DNA from: Chloroflexota bacterium
GTDB lineage: Bacteria > Chloroflexota > Dehalococcoidia > SHYD01 > JACQUQ01
Direction: 5' to 3'
Length of the DNA stretch: 64,000 nucleotides
NCBI GenBank assembly: GCA_016210175.1
Contig: JACQUQ010000025.1
Coordinates: 142 to 64,141, forward strand
The position numbers were made by a program, and so were the translations under genes. The first letter of the stretch is position 1. Each line of letters opens with the position of its first letter. Below the pieces are notes generated by a model. That model had not been told where the DNA came from. It saw only the letters and a list, made by a program, of their open reading frames with translations, and made no database searches. Of this stretch, positions 26,474-35,053 are shown piece after piece.

Positions 26474-29164
26474 ATGCTCAGCAACGACGAACTGGCCGCG
26501 CTCTGCCTGCGCCTCGGTCTCTCGGAGCAGGCCAAGGCGGTCGTCGCGTCGGTCCGCTCGGCGCCTCCGTCCCGCAGGGTACGCGGCGCCGCGGGCAATG
26601 TTACCGTTCGCTATCCCAGCCGGAAGATGGGCGTCACCATTCAGGCGGAGAGCCACCGCAACGAACTGGCCGGCATCTACGAGAAGGAACACGACCCTGG
26701 GACGCTGGAGTTCTACGACCAGCCACCCCCGATCAAGCTCCGCTACCAGGCCAGCAATGGTCGGGCCGTGGGTGTCCTCCACACCCCCGACTACTTCGTG
26801 ATCCACACCGACGCGGTCGGGTGGGAAGAATGGAAGACCGAGGCCGAACTGCTCAAGCTGTCCGAGAAGATGCCGAACCGCTACCGGCGCGACGAGGAAG
26901 GCCGCTGGCGGTGCCCGCCGGGCGAGCGGTACGCCGAGCAGTTCGCCTTTGTTTACCGCGTGCGCTCTTCGGCCGAGATCGATTGGGTCTTCCAGCGCAA
27001 CCTCCTGTTCCTTGAGGATTTCCTCCGCGGCGATTGCCCGCCTGTGGGCGAGCACGCTGCCGTAGCGCTCATCGCGCTCGTGACGAAACGGCCCGGAATA
27101 CGGCTTGACGAGCTCCTCGGGCAGGTGGAGGGGGCCAGCAGCGACGATATCTACACGCTGATCGCCACGGATCGGCTCCACGTTGACCTGCGGGCCGCGG
27201 CACTCGCCGAGCCGGAGCGCGTGCTGGTGTTCCGCGATGCGGAGACGGCCCGCTCCCATGCAGTGATCGCCCCGGCAGCTTCCCTACCGCCGGGTGGCAG
27301 CGGTGGGAGCCTGACCCTCGCCCCCGGCGCACCCGTCCTCTGGGATGGCCAACGCTGGACGGTCATTAACCTCGGGCGGAATCTGACCGCGCTCCTTGCC
27401 GAAGACGCGACCCTGGTCGAGTTGCCCAACGCCACGCTCGCAACTCTGGTCGGCCAGGGCAAGCTGGTCGGAGTGGCCGGCCCAACGCCGGCAAGCATCA
27501 GCGCCGCGGCGCGGGAGCGGCTTGCCCAGGCTGGCCCCGACGACCTCCGTGAGGCCAACCGTCGCCACGCGCTCATTGCCTCCATGCTGAGCGGGGACGC
27601 CGCGGCCGCGGCGGCGACGCCGGCGCGCACCCTCCGGCGCTGGCTCGGGCGGTGGCGCCAGGCCGAGCGCACCCATAACTGCGGCTATGTCGGGCTCCTG
27701 CCGCAGCAGCGCCGGCGCGGCAACCGCACGCGCAAGCTCCCGGAGGCAACCCTGCGACTGCTCGACGAGTTCATCGCCAAGGACTACGAGACGCTCAAGC
27801 AGAAAGGCAAGTTCGCGGTGTACGCGGCCTTGATGCGCACGTGTGAGGAGCAGGGGAGCACCGTCCCGAGCTACAAGACGTTTATCCGCGCCGTGAACCG
27901 GCGCCCGCGCCAGGAGCAGATGGAGCAACGCCAGGGAAAGCGGGCTGCCTACCAGGCAGCTGCCTTCTTCTGGGAACTGGCGCTCACGACGCCGCGCCAT
28001 GGTGACCGGCCCTTCGAGATCGGTCACATCGACCACACCCAGCTTGACATCGAGCTGGTCTGCTCGCGCACCGGACGCCCTCTCGGCCGGCCCTGGGCGA
28101 CGTTTCTGACCGACGCCTCTTCCCGGCGGCTGCTGGCCGTCTCCCTCACTTTCGACCCGCCCAGCTACCGGAGTTGCATGATGATCCTACGGGAGTGCGT
28201 ACGCCGGCATCAGCGGCTGCCACAGACCGCGGTGGTGGATGGTGGCGCCGAGTTCGAGAGCGTCTACTTCGAGACCTTGCTGGCCCGGTACGAGTGCACC
28301 AAGAAGACCCGACCCAGCGCCCAGCCCCGCTTCGGCTCGGTCTGCGAACGGCTGTTTGGCACGACCAATACCCGCTTCATCCACAACCTCGTCGGCAACA
28401 CCCAGATCCGCCAGAAGGCCCGCCAGGTGACCAAGAGCGTCGACCCCAAGCAGCACGCTTGCTGGACGCTCGGTCGGCTCTCCACGCGGCTCTGCGAATG
28501 GGCCTACGAGGTCTACGACACCATCGAACACCCGGCCCTGGGGACCACGCCCCGCGAGGCCTGCGCGGCCGGGCTCGCCCAGAGTGGCTGGCGACCCCAG
28601 CGACGCATCCCCTACGACGAGGATTTCCGTATGCTCACTCTCCCAACCACCCAGAGGGGCACCGCCCGCCTGCACCCCCGTCTCGGGGTGAAGGTCAACT
28701 ATCTCTACTACTGGTCGGAGGCATTCCTCGACCCGGAAGTGCACGGCGCCCGCGTGCCGGTGCGCTTCGATCCCCTCGATGCGGGGCAGGCCTACATCTT
28801 CGTGAAAGGCCGCTGGGTCCGCGGCATCTCGGAGCACCGCGCCTGCTTCGCCGGGCGATCGGAGCGGGAGATCCAGTTGGCGACCGCGGAGTTGCGCCGC
28901 CGCCACCAGCGGCACGGCCAACAGTTCACGGTCACCGCGCGCAAGCTGGCCGACTTTCTGGCCTCGCTGGAGGCCGAGGAGGCCCTGCTGGAGCAGCGTC
29001 TGCGTGATGCCGAGGCCAAGGAGGTCATCCGCAACGTTGCGGATGACCAGCCATCCCCACCCACGGCGCCCGAGCGTGCAAGCGCAGCAGGGGCAGCAGC
29101 GCGGCAACCCGCCGAAACGTCCGGGCGGAACGGCGTCGCGCTGGTCATCTACGAGGACTATTGA
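26474..29164 (+). CDS. Fused TnsA-like endonuclease / TnsB-like DDE transposase
   Basis: 896 aa. GGAGGAG upstream of the start. The N-terminal ~190 aa (IQAESHRNELAGIYEKEHDPGTLEFYDQPPPIKL...HTPDYFV...WEEWK) look like the TnsA restriction-endonuclease fold. An rve/Mu-type core follows (FEIGHIDHTQLDIELV...). Confidence 0.8.
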   Translation: MLSNDELAALCLRLGLSEQAKAVVASVRSAPPSRRVRGAAGNVTVRYPSRKMGVTIQAESHRNELAGIYEKEHDPGTLEFYDQPPPIKLRYQASNGRAVGVLHTPDYFVIHTDAVGWEEWKTEAELLKLSEKMPNRYRRDEEGRWRCPPGERYAEQFAFVYRVRSSAEIDWVFQRNLLFLEDFLRGDCPPVGEHAAVALIALVTKRPGIRLDELLGQVEGASSDDIYTLIATDRLHVDLRAAALAEPERVLVFRDAETARSHAVIAPAASLPPGGSGGSLTLAPGAPVLWDGQRWTVINLGRNLTALLAEDATLVELPNATLATLVGQGKLVGVAGPTPASISAAARERLAQAGPDDLREANRRHALIASMLSGDAAAAAATPARTLRRWLGRWRQAERTHNCGYVGLLPQQRRRGNRTRKLPEATLRLLDEFIAKDYETLKQKGKFAVYAALMRTCEEQGSTVPSYKTFIRAVNRRPRQEQMEQRQGKRAAYQAAAFFWELALTTPRHGDRPFEIGHIDHTQLDIELVCSRTGRPLGRPWATFLTDASSRRLLAVSLTFDPPSYRSCMMILRECVRRHQRLPQTAVVDGGAEFESVYFETLLARYECTKKTRPSAQPRFGSVCERLFGTTNTRFIHNLVGNTQIRQKARQVTKSVDPKQHACWTLGRLSTRLCEWAYEVYDTIEHPALGTTPREACAAGLAQSGWRPQRRIPYDEDFRMLTLPTTQRGTARLHPRLGVKVNYLYYWSEAFLDPEVHGARVPVRFDPLDAGQAYIFVKGRWVRGISEHRACFAGRSEREIQLATAELRRRHQRHGQQFTVTARKLADFLASLEAEEALLEQRLRDAEAKEVIRNVADDQPSPPTAPERASAAGAAARQPAETSGRNGVALVIYEDY

Positions 29165-29165
29165 G

Positions 29166-30359
29166 ATGCCGACCGTACCAGGCTTCCCGCGTGAGCTTCT
29201 CGCCCAGCCCAGCGCAGCGCGCTTGGCCCACTTCGTGGGCAAGGTGGTCGCCCATCCGCGGCTGAAAGCGGTACACCACGCCCTGCTGAACGCCATCCGC
29301 CAGCCCATGGGCGCGCCCCTGGTGCTCGTCGTCGGTCCGACCGGGGTCGGCAAGACCACGCTCCGCCTCCGCATCGAGCAGCAGTTGATGGAGGAGGCGC
29401 TGCCCGATCTGGCCCAGGACCCCAGCCGTATCCCGGTGGTGGCGGTAGAGGCAGCGGCCCCCGAGTCGGGCCAGTTCAACTGGAAGGATTACTACACGCG
29501 CGCCCTGATGGCGCTGGACGAGCCGCTCGTCGCGCACAAGGTCGACTACGCGACCTGGGGCCTCCGCCGCGATGGCCGCGGGCGCATCGCGATTAAGCGC
29601 GGCGCCGCCACGCCGGAACTGCGCCTGGCGCTGGAACAGTGCCTGCGCTACCGGCGGCCGGCGGCCTTCATTGTGGATGAGGCCCAGCACCTCAAGAAGA
29701 TGGCGAGCGGACGGCGCCTGCTCGATCAGATGGATACGCTCAAGTCCTTGGCGGCCATGACGGGCACGGTGCACGTGCTGGTGGGCACCTACGAGTTACT
29801 CGGCTTGGCCAACCTCAGCGCGCAACTGAGCCGGCGCAGCATCGAGATCCACTTCGGGCGCTATCAGGCCGAGTCTGCCGACGATCTCCTGGCCTTCCAG
29901 AGCGTCGTGCTCACCTTCCAACGCCACCTGCCCCTGGCCGGCGAGCCCGACCTCATTGGACAGTGGCAATACCTCTACGAGGGTTCCGCCGGCTGTATTG
30001 GGGTGCTCAAAAGCTGGCTAAACCGTGCGCTGGCGGCGGCCCTGGACCTGGGCGAACCCACGCTCACGCGGCGGCGCCTGGAGCGACAGGCCGCACCCGC
30101 GCGCAAGCTGATCAGCCTGGTCCGCGAGATCAAGGAGGGCGAGGAAGCGCTGCGGGACGACGCTCGGGAGCGCGACCACCTGCGTACCCTCCTGGGGCTG
30201 GAGGACGGACCGGCCCCGTTTGGCGCGGCGAAGGCGAACGCGGCGGCCAGCATGGAGCCGGCCGCGCGGCGTCCCCGACGTCCCGGTGGTCGTGCTGCAC
30301 AGCGGCGGCCGACGCGCGACCCGGTGGGTCAGGGGAGGCCTGAGCATGGACCTGCGTGA
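29166..30359 (+). CDS. TnsC/TniB-like AAA+ transposition ATPase
   Basis: In-frame ATG 29166, 2 nt after the tnsAB stop. Has LVLVVGPTGVGKTT (Walker A) and FIVDEAQHL (Walker B). Confidence 0.85.
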   Translation: MPTVPGFPRELLAQPSAARLAHFVGKVVAHPRLKAVHHALLNAIRQPMGAPLVLVVGPTGVGKTTLRLRIEQQLMEEALPDLAQDPSRIPVVAVEAAAPESGQFNWKDYYTRALMALDEPLVAHKVDYATWGLRRDGRGRIAIKRGAATPELRLALEQCLRYRRPAAFIVDEAQHLKKMASGRRLLDQMDTLKSLAAMTGTVHVLVGTYELLGLANLSAQLSRRSIEIHFGRYQAESADDLLAFQSVVLTFQRHLPLAGEPDLIGQWQYLYEGSAGCIGVLKSWLNRALAAALDLGEPTLTRRRLERQAAPARKLISLVREIKEGEEALRDDARERDHLRTLLGLEDGPAPFGAAKANAAASMEPAARRPRRPGGRAAQRRPTRDPVGQGRPEHGPA

Positions 30360-31740
30360 CCTCGTGGTCTACGAGGAATGGGACGTGGCGCCGCCGGCGG
30401 TCCCGCCGCGCGGCCGCCTGTTCCCGTTGGCGCCGGTCGGGATCGGGACTCCGGAAACGGAGTGCTTGACGAGCTATATCACCAGACTTGCCGAGGCCCA
30501 TGGCGTCCTCACCCGAGACCTGGTCGTTCACGAGCTTGCCGGCTTTCTGGGGCGCGCCCACCTGGCGCAGAGCCGCAATCTGGGCCTGCTGTCGGCCTTC
30601 TGGCGCAACGAGACCCGCGCGCTTAACGGTACCCGGACGCTCGCGCACAACATGGTGCAAGGGCTCGAAGCTTTGACGGGGCGGCAGGGGCTGCGCTTTC
30701 TGACGCTCCTGACCTGGACCGAGGTTTTGCCAGTCCAGCAGCTGCAGCGGCGCAGTCGCGCCTGGTGTCCCCATTGCTACGAAGAGTGGCGGCAGGCCAA
30801 GCAAACGGTCTACGAGCCGCTGCTCTGGTCCTTGGCGCCCGTGACTATCTGCCCGCGCCATCGCCGGCTCCTGCAAGGGATCTGTCCCTACCCGGACTGC
30901 CGGCAGCGTTCACACTGGCTCTCCGCCCGGTCACGCTGTGGCTACTGTGCCCGCTGTGGCCGCTTTCTTGGCAGCTCAGTGGCGCCCGCGGCCGACGAGG
31001 GTGATAGCCTGACGGAACAGGAGGCAATGGCGCGGATCTGGGTGGCGCACGCCGTGGGAGAGCTCATTGCAGCCGCACCCGGCTTGGGCTTTGTGCCACG
31101 ACGAGAACAGATCGTGGACGCCATTACGGCCTCGGCGGAGCGGTTGACCGGCGGGAATATCAGCGCCTGGGCCCGCAAGCTGGGCATGGCGGTGCTGACG
31201 GTGTCGAACTGGAGGTGGAAAGAGGCGCGACCATCCCTCTGGCTCCTACTGCAGGTCTGCGCTCGTCTGGGGACGACACCGCTTGGCTTTCTGACGGGTG
31301 AGGCCAGCCAAGTGAGCGGGCAAGCGGTACTGCGGCACGAGTTGGCCCATCGCCCGCCGCGGGTCCACACGGTGGTCGACCCCAAAGTGGCCCGCCGCGC
31401 CCTGGAGCAGATCCTCGCCGGCGACGAGATGCCGCCGCCATCGCTCCGCGAGGTCGGTCAGCGGCTGGGGCTGACCTACGCTACCTTGCGTCACCATCTG
31501 CCCGAACTGTGCCGCGCCATCTCCGAGCGGTATCGCAACTATCAACTGGCCCAGGCCGCCGAGACCAGGCGACGGCTCTGCCAGGAGGTGCGCGAGGCAA
31601 CGCTGCGGGTTCACGAGCAGGGGGTGTTTCCCAGTTCCTACCGCATTGAAGCGCTCATCGGCCGACCCCATGCGCTCCGACATCGGCCAGCCAGAGAGGC
31701 GTGGCGCAAGGCGTTGCGTGAGTTGGGCTGGCAGACGTGA
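30346..31740 (+). CDS. TniQ/TnsD-family target-selection protein
   Basis: In-frame ATG 30346 (MDLRDLVVYEE...). TniQ N-domain (ETECLTSYITRLAEAHGV). Cys clusters WCPHCYEEW, CPRHRR, CPYPDC, CGYCARCG. Confidence 0.8.
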   Translation: MDLRDLVVYEEWDVAPPAVPPRGRLFPLAPVGIGTPETECLTSYITRLAEAHGVLTRDLVVHELAGFLGRAHLAQSRNLGLLSAFWRNETRALNGTRTLAHNMVQGLEALTGRQGLRFLTLLTWTEVLPVQQLQRRSRAWCPHCYEEWRQAKQTVYEPLLWSLAPVTICPRHRRLLQGICPYPDCRQRSHWLSARSRCGYCARCGRFLGSSVAPAADEGDSLTEQEAMARIWVAHAVGELIAAAPGLGFVPRREQIVDAITASAERLTGGNISAWARKLGMAVLTVSNWRWKEARPSLWLLLQVCARLGTTPLGFLTGEASQVSGQAVLRHELAHRPPRVHTVVDPKVARRALEQILAGDEMPPPSLREVGQRLGLTYATLRHHLPELCRAISERYRNYQLAQAAETRRRLCQEVREATLRVHEQGVFPSSYRIEALIGRPHALRHRPAREAWRKALRELGWQT

Positions 31741-31767
31741 CGCAGGACCATCGCCAGCCAATCGTCT

Positions 31768-31804
31768 GCTGGAAGCATAACGTGGCCGCTGCGGCCACAT
31801 TATG
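31768..31804. repeat. Two head-to-head end-binding motifs at the tniQ-proximal end
   Basis: GCTGGAAGCATAACGTGGCCGC, then t, then GCGGCCACATTATG. This forms a near-perfect 14+1+14 palindrome. Confidence 0.75.
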
Positions 31805-31811
31805 GGTTAAG

Positions 31812-32948
31812 CTACACCTGAGTCTGGCGCTGCATGAGCGCAGCGTCATAGAGGGGCATGATGACCCACAGGTCGCCAGCCTCCGGCTGCCCGGTCTGCC
31901 GAACGACCACCGGCGCCTGGGGACTGGTCCAGGCCATATCCAGGTGCGGGCCGCTGGCTGCGTCGAGGAGGTCGGCGAGCAGCCTGGTGTTCAGGACGAC
32001 TGCCCCCGGTTCCCCCTCGACCCGAACAGCGATCTCAGAGTGGGCATCGCCGACGTCATCGCCGCGGGCGTGAAGATGCAGCCGGCCAGCCTCGGCATCA
32101 AGCCGCACGGGCCGCGCTTCGCCCGCACCGAAGAGACTGGCGACCCGTACCGCCTGGCGAAACGCGGTGGTCTCAATGGTGACGCGGGTTGTCCACTCCT
32201 GCGGGATCACGCGTTCGATGTCGGGAAAGCGACCGTCCATCAGCTGGGTGAAGAGCGTTGTCTCTTTCACCCTGAGGTAAAGGCCCCGCCCATCCGGGGT
32301 CGGAACCAGCCGGGCGGCCTCGCCGCCATCCAGCAGCCGGCCAAACTCGACCGCGGCACGAGCGGGGACAAGAAGCTGCCGGGTGGCGCCGACCGCTTCC
32401 GGCACCCGCGAGCGGGCCAGGCGGAAGCTATCTGCGGCGGCAAGGCTGAGCCCCTCGGGTCCGAGGTCGAACAGCACGCAGGAAAGCACAGGACGGCTCT
32501 GATCGCGGGAGGCCGCGAAGGCGACGCGGGTGATCGCATCCTGGAGCCGCTGCCCGTCAAGCTCAAGGGCCTGCGCATCATCGGCCGCGGGAAAGACCGG
32601 AAAGTCCTCCGGGTCCGCGGTGGCCAACGCCGCCTGGAATCGGTCACACACAGCGCGTACACGCTGCGTGCCGGAATCAAGCGTGAGGCGCAACGGCTCT
32701 GCGGGGAGCTGGCTCACGTATTCGCTGAGCAGGCGCGCCGGAATAGCGGCTCGACCGGCGGCCGCCACGTCCGCGGCCAGGGTGATCGTGACTCCGAGTT
32801 CGCCGTCCGCAGCCGTGAGACGCAGACGGCTGGGCTCCGCCTCGAGCAGCACCATCTGGAGAATTGGCAGGGCTGCCTTGGCCGGTGTTATCCGGGCGAC
32901 CAGGCGCAGTGCCCGGCCCAGGGTCGATTGGTCAATGGTCAGGTCCAT
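31812..32948 (-). CDS. dnaN: DNA polymerase III beta sliding clamp paralogue
   Basis: Start at Met14 of the track ORF (MDLTIDQSTLGRALRLVARI...) with AAGGAGG 6 nt upstream. 378 aa with typical three-domain length and pattern. The last codon and the TAG stop lie inside the transposon end. Confidence 0.85.
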   Translation of the reverse strand: MDLTIDQSTLGRALRLVARITPAKAALPILQMVLLEAEPSRLRLTAADGELGVTITLAADVAAAGRAAIPARLLSEYVSQLPAEPLRLTLDSGTQRVRAVCDRFQAALATADPEDFPVFPAADDAQALELDGQRLQDAITRVAFAASRDQSRPVLSCVLFDLGPEGLSLAAADSFRLARSRVPEAVGATRQLLVPARAAVEFGRLLDGGEAARLVPTPDGRGLYLRVKETTLFTQLMDGRFPDIERVIPQEWTTRVTIETTAFRQAVRVASLFGAGEARPVRLDAEAGRLHLHARGDDVGDAHSEIAVRVEGEPGAVVLNTRLLADLLDAASGPHLDMAWTSPQAPVVVRQTGQPEAGDLWVIMPLYDAALMQRQTQV

Positions 32949-33063
32949 CGAGAACCTCCTTGTGGTTGCACGGGAGCATGGGGGCATCCCGGAGGGCGCG
33001 ACAGAAGAGCGTCAGCAGTGGGGATTCCCCGGCTGTCTTGCGGCCAATACGATCTCCGTCTGG

Positions 33064-33585
33064 CTACGCCGTCGCCTTTTCGCCGGGAGAGAAGATCATC
33101 GCTCGGCGTCCGAGCGCTGCCGCGACGTGGTTCTGATAGGCGCGCCGTGCCCGGATGGCGCCGCGGGCAGCAGGGTGGATCATCTGCAGGTGGCCGATGC
33201 CCTCCCGGACCAGGGTCCTGTGCACCGCCTGTCCGAGGCCTACGATGATCTCCCCCGCAGCCACGAGGGCTCGAATCCGCTCCAGCGCAACCTCGTCCAC
33301 GGTGAGCGGCTCTCCGTCGCGGTGGACATTGAGGTAAATCTGTTGCATGGGGTCGAGCCCCAGGACACGGAGGGCGTCGTACAGGGTTCGGGCAGCCAGC
33401 CGGCCGTCCTCCCACTGTACGCCGAGAGCGATGGCCCGGCGTGAGCGGCGGTCGCCAACAAAGACATACCGCCGTCTACCCGAGTCCATGCTGGTGCTGC
33501 CGCGGCCGCGGGTGGCCTGAGAGGGTGCTGGCGGCACCTCAGTCCTCTCCCGCCGCCGGCGACGAGGCATCGTAGATTCCGGCAT
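33064..33585 (-). CDS. Hypothetical protein
   Basis: 173 aa. GGGAGA lies 5 nt upstream of ATG 33585. Basic N-terminus. No confident family. Confidence 0.5.
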   Translation of the reverse strand: MPESTMPRRRRRERTEVPPAPSQATRGRGSTSMDSGRRRYVFVGDRRSRRAIALGVQWEDGRLAARTLYDALRVLGLDPMQQIYLNVHRDGEPLTVDEVALERIRALVAAGEIIVGLGQAVHRTLVREGIGHLQMIHPAARGAIRARRAYQNHVAAALGRRAMIFSPGEKATA

Positions 33586-33600
33586 ACTGATCTCCCTGGG

Positions 33601-34482
33601 TTACGCGACAAGCTCGTCCAGGCGGTTGACCCGCTTCGGGTACGGCAGGCTTGGAAGTCCCACGCGGACCGCCCTCTTCGCCGACCGTCGGCCGAGCTTG
33701 AAGAGGTAACGATGGTTCCCGGGATGGCGCAGACGCCGAACCCCGGCGGCAATGAGGGCACGCGGAAGCCACTCCGAGGGGTCCGCACCACGCCGGGGCG
33801 GTGCGCCGAACTCGCGCAGGAGCTGCTCCACGTAGGCGTGTCCCGAGTCGAGGGCACGGAGCTTTGCAAGCGCCCGCTCATTGAGCACCCGCCCGTCGGG
33901 GAGGACGAGCACGGTGCGGGGCGTCCCGCGCCCGGCGTAGACCGCGTTGGTCGCCTGATAGATCACCCCGATGTGGCCGGGGAAGACTAGCCGGCCGGTC
34001 GCGTCATGGCGGGCGACTGGATCGGAGAAGCTTACCACCCCTCGGATACCTTCGCCGGCGGCCAGACGGAACACCTGACCGAGGAACCAGCTCTCGGCAT
34101 TGGCAGGCGCACGGTCCGCCAGCACGAACCGCCCCAGTTCAAGTGACTCGGAGAAAGGCTCCAGGTCAGGGAAGGGACCGGTCAGCACCGCCCGCTGGAC
34201 GGGGACGCTCAGGACGGCGACCCCGAGCAGCGCGCCCCACCGGTCCCAGAGGCCGTACCGCAGGCGGCTGGCGACATAGCTGCCAGCATAGTGGTGGCGT
34301 TCCACGTACGCTTTGGCGGTCCGGTCGTCGACCGGAGCCACCTCGTACTGGCTCGCATCGAACCCGCCTTCCGAGCGGTGCCTCCACCGTGGCTGGCCGT
34401 CCTGCCAGCGCTGGCACCAGTCGCTCGACGGGGACACCTCCGGAGGGGTGAGGTCAAGGGGAAGCTGTCGAGGCAGGGACAC
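33601..34482 (-). CDS. GNAT-fold, Mom-like DNA-modification protein (tentative)
   Basis: 293 aa. AKAYVERHHYAGS...YGLW..GALLGVAV, LELGRFVL..APANAESWFLG, VSFSDP and GHIGVIYQATN match my memory of the phage Mom / acyltransferase-like family. GTG start. The N-terminus carries RQLPLDL. Confidence 0.4.
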   Translation of the reverse strand: MSLPRQLPLDLTPPEVSPSSDWCQRWQDGQPRWRHRSEGGFDASQYEVAPVDDRTAKAYVERHHYAGSYVASRLRYGLWDRWGALLGVAVLSVPVQRAVLTGPFPDLEPFSESLELGRFVLADRAPANAESWFLGQVFRLAAGEGIRGVVSFSDPVARHDATGRLVFPGHIGVIYQATNAVYAGRGTPRTVLVLPDGRVLNERALAKLRALDSGHAYVEQLLREFGAPPRRGADPSEWLPRALIAAGVRRLRHPGNHRYLFKLGRRSAKRAVRVGLPSLPYPKRVNRLDELVA

Positions 34483-34651
34483 TATCTCGGGACGCGCGGA
34501 CGCCTCGCTTCAGTAGCCACCCTTTCTGTACTCAGAGAGCGAGCGCCGCACATCGGCGAAGCGGGTTCGCACCCGGTCCCGGCGTGCAGATCCGGCAGGT
34601 CGGCCGGAACCAATACCGAGCCCCAGGTGCGTGCGACGAGGGCGTGCGGGG

Positions 34652-35053
34652 CTACGGCTCCCTGCATGTGGGACATGGGTGGGCCATCGCGATGGCCTGG
34701 GCCCGAGCGATCGCTTTCCGGCTGCCCACCGGATACCGGTACATCGCCACGAGAGCGCCGTGGCCGCAATCCGGGCGCTGCACTTCCTGCATTCCCGTGA
34801 AGCGCCCGCGCCGCTGCCGACGGGTCGCACGGACGCGCGTTGGCGCTTCCTCACGAAAGCCGTCGATCAGGGAGCCGGGTGGAATGCGCTCCACCGTGAG
34901 CGCCTCCAGACCGTACCGCTCAAGGGTGCTCGCGATCAGCTCCCCCAGGTGGGTGCGGCATGTCTCCGGGTGCAGCAGCGCCGGATCCGATGGCACCAGG
35001 CGGAAGTCAGGCGGGTCAGCACAGGGAGGGAACCAGCAGCGGGCCGCGATCAC
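34652..35053 (-). CDS. Cys-rich hypothetical protein
   Basis: 133 aa. The start overlaps the radical-SAM stop (ATGA). Has CWFPPC near the N-terminus and HPCPTC at the C-terminus. Confidence 0.5.
   Translation of the reverse strand: MIAARCWFPPCADPPDFRLVPSDPALLHPETCRTHLGELIASTLERYGLEALTVERIPPGSLIDGFREEAPTRVRATRRQRRGRFTGMQEVQRPDCGHGALVAMYRYPVGSRKAIARAQAIAMAHPCPTCREP

Larger units (their letters stand above)
26246..31816 (+). mobile_element. Cargo-less Tn7-like transposon (tnsAB fusion, tnsC/tniB, tniQ)
   Basis: Ends are TGTGACTTAACCCATAATGTGGCCG (26246-26270) and, reverse-complemented at 31792-31816, TGTAGCTTAACCCATAATGTGGCCG. Canonical TGT...ACA tips. Internal repeated transposase-type sites at both ends. 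The inverted repeat may extend 6 nt further (CTCAGC / CCTGAG). Confidence 0.8.

Noticed and set aside
28187-29479. 430-aa minus-strand ORF inside tnsAB/tnsC, and the 503-aa plus-strand ORF 31737..33248 opposite dnaN.
   Set aside because: Antisense to genes with clear transposase, ATPase or clamp signatures. Their composition is typical of spurious GC-rich frames.
33064-33585. Possible uracil-DNA-glycosylase-like protein (IHPAARG resembles the HPS motif).
   Set aside because: The GE(A/G)PG-type motif A is absent and the match is too weak by eye. Left as hypothetical.
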